Made by a program: the position numbers and the translations under genes
NCBI GenBank assembly: GCA_018985225.1
Contig: JADGIF010000289.1
Coordinates: forward strand, 1-11,621
Direction of reading: 5' to 3'
Length of the DNA stretch: 11,621 nucleotides
Source: Amoeboradix gromovi X-113
Lineage: Eukaryota; Fungi; Sanchytriomycota
Shown: in pieces, positions 8,925-11,621 of the stretch
Layout of the letters: each line of letters begins with the position of its first letter
Position numbering within the stretch: position 1 is the first letter of the stretch
Notes under the pieces: model-generated
Database searches by the model: none
Told to the model about the DNA's origin: nothing
What the model saw: only the letters and a program-made list of their open reading frames with translations

Positions 8925-9206
8925 ATGAGTCAGCAAAACCAAAGTTATGAGCAAGATCAGCACCTGAATCAGCTAGGCTCAACAATTAAGAATATAAGAC
9001 AAATTGCTGTAGACATGCATGATGAGCTAAACGACCATAATCATCTTCTAACAAGCATAGATCATCAAACAACTACAACTCAGAGCAAAATCGGAGTTGC
9101 TATGAAAAGAATGGACCAAGTTCTAATTAAAGATAAGCAGAACTGTAGAATTTTTATTTTAACAATCGTGTTAATAGTTTTATTGATTCTTGTAACAGCA
9201 ATTTAG
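8925..9206 (+). CDS. Minimal Qc-SNARE (syntaxin-6/8, Tlg1/Syn8-like), 93 aa
   Basis: EQDQHLNQLGSTIKNIRQIAVDMHDELNDHNHLL SNARE motif followed by a C-terminal TM anchor. First ATG is 8925. Confidence 0.85.
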   Translation: MSQQNQSYEQDQHLNQLGSTIKNIRQIAVDMHDELNDHNHLLTSIDHQTTTTQSKIGVAMKRMDQVLIKDKQNCRIFILTIVLIVLLILVTAI

Positions 9207-9216
9207 TAAACCCCCT

Positions 9217-9450
9217 ATGTCAAACAATAAACCAAAGTCATCTGTCTTTCAGCTTGATTCTTTGTTAAATGAGCCTGTTTGGGTAGATTGTGTCGGCGAT
9301 CATGTTGTAGAAGGCACTTTAAAAGGTTTTGATCAACTACTGAATTTAAATATCGAGAATGGTGTATTTGACGGAAATGCTGTAGGAAATTTGATTGTAC
9401 GAGGTCCAAGCGTTACTTCGGTGCTCCATAATGTTAATAAACTGGATTGA
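9217..9450 (+). CDS. LSM7: Sm-like protein, most like LSM7, 77 aa
   Basis: N-terminal KPKSSVFQL (cf. KKESILDL), Sm1 motif GTLKGFDQLLNL, Sm2 motif GNLIVRGPSV. SmG is the alternative assignment. Confidence 0.75.
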   Translation: MSNNKPKSSVFQLDSLLNEPVWVDCVGDHVVEGTLKGFDQLLNLNIENGVFDGNAVGNLIVRGPSVTSVLHNVNKLD

Positions 9451-9533
9451 TGTTATTTTTCTTGTAGCTGTTTTGAGAACCGAAAGAGACTTAATGCGGA
9501 AAAGTGAACGTCAACAATATTTATTTGCAAAAC

Positions 9534-10828
<1,295 letters not shown>

Positions 10829-11151
10829 TTAGTATCTGACTTTATTTTAGCAACTTTTATTTATTTGTTTCAAAGTCATATGGGGATTGCATTCGAAAAA
10901 GTAAATTAATCGTTTCATGCGATAAATTTAGTGTGACTAATACCCAACATAGTTTGAATTCCAAAAATCTCTGAAGTTCTCTATATCCCTTACACTTTTG
11001 CATTCTACTTTCTAGAATTTTTGAAGAGTGGGTTGATGTCGAGTTCCACACTGTTCGCAACTATTGAAAATTTAAATGAACGTTCTGCCGCGGAAGTTAT
11101 ACATATCCACCTATAACTGTCTACAAAAACCACTTTCGTAACAAAGGGACA

Positions 11152-11412
11152 ATGTCTAGACAATTGGTCCAGCCGATTCACGTACTATTTAATTATTTAC
11201 AGCAAAAAGAACAAGTTCTAGTGTGGCTCTACGATAACCCTCATGTACGATTTCAAGGTTTTGTTAAAGGGTTTGACGAGTTTTTAAATATTGTATTGGA
11301 AGACTGCATAGAAATAAATTCAAAAACCAATGAACAAAATGATCTTGGACAGCTTTTATTGAAAGGTGAATGCATAACTCTAATTCAGCCTCTAGCAGAT
11401 CAAATGGAATAA
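11152..11412 (+). CDS. SME1: Small nuclear ribonucleoprotein SmE, 86 aa
   Basis: VQPIHVLFNYLQ...VWLYDN...GFDEFLNIVLED...LGQLLLKGECITLIQ matches the SmE/SNRPE consensus. Confidence 0.95.
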   Translation: MSRQLVQPIHVLFNYLQQKEQVLVWLYDNPHVRFQGFVKGFDEFLNIVLEDCIEINSKTNEQNDLGQLLLKGECITLIQPLADQME

Positions 11413-11543
11413 AATCTATTTTGAAAATTATTATTCTAGTACATCTTTTGGCAAAATAATTCTGCATGTATTCTTAATTCCGTCTGGAATGCATCTTTTC
11501 TACGTAAAAATCTATCGAAGTATCGTTTCATACGCTTTTTTCT

Positions 11544-11601
11544 CACCAATCAGCGTCAAGCATTGGGGTATAAATTTCGACGCGTCCCATGTCTGTGCGC
11601 A
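11544..11601 (+). promoter_or_regulatory. Duplicate actin core promoter: CCAAT 11546-11550, TATAAA 11569-11574
   Basis: Identical to 10682-10739 on the opposite strand. Confidence 0.7.
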
Positions 11602-11621
11602 ATGAGCCAAGAAGTTTCTGC
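11602..11621 (+). CDS. 5' start of a second actin gene (MSQEVS...), truncated by the window end
   Basis: ATGAGCCAAGAAGTTTCTGC is identical to the first 20 nt of the actin CDS at 10681. Whether the copy is full length cannot be seen. Confidence 0.7.

Noticed and set aside
10832-10850. 19-nt GT..AG segment GTATCTGACTTTATTTTAG after an ATG at 10821
   Set aside because: Lacks the YTAAYRTAG end, and the spliced product is a short unrecognisable peptide.

Overview
An AT-rich, extremely gene-dense eukaryotic window, not a prokaryotic one. Fungal-type actin, CCR4, striatin, a Cables-like cyclin and a complex I accessory subunit point to an early-diverging fungus or close relative with a compacted genome. 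It holds 11 complete genes plus the first codons of a second actin gene: CCR4, striatin/Far8, a complex I accessory subunit, an ankyrin-repeat protein, an EI24-like membrane protein, ethanolamine kinase, a Cables-like cyclin, a minimal Qc-SNARE, LSM7, actin and SmE. Several intergenic gaps are only 1-70 bp. The strongest signal is that the three ORF-track 'breaks' (CCR4, striatin, actin) are each repaired by a spliceosomal intron of exactly 20 nt with one layout, GTA-N8-YTAAYRTAG, suggesting a fixed-length micro-intron splicing system. Also present: a head-to-head actin duplication with an identical CCAAT/TATA promoter flanking SmE, a three-copy ~170-bp dispersed repeat of unknown nature, AATAAA motifs at or near almost every stop codon, and CCC/GGG motifs just upstream of several start codons. 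All family calls are from motif recognition by eye; no searches were run.
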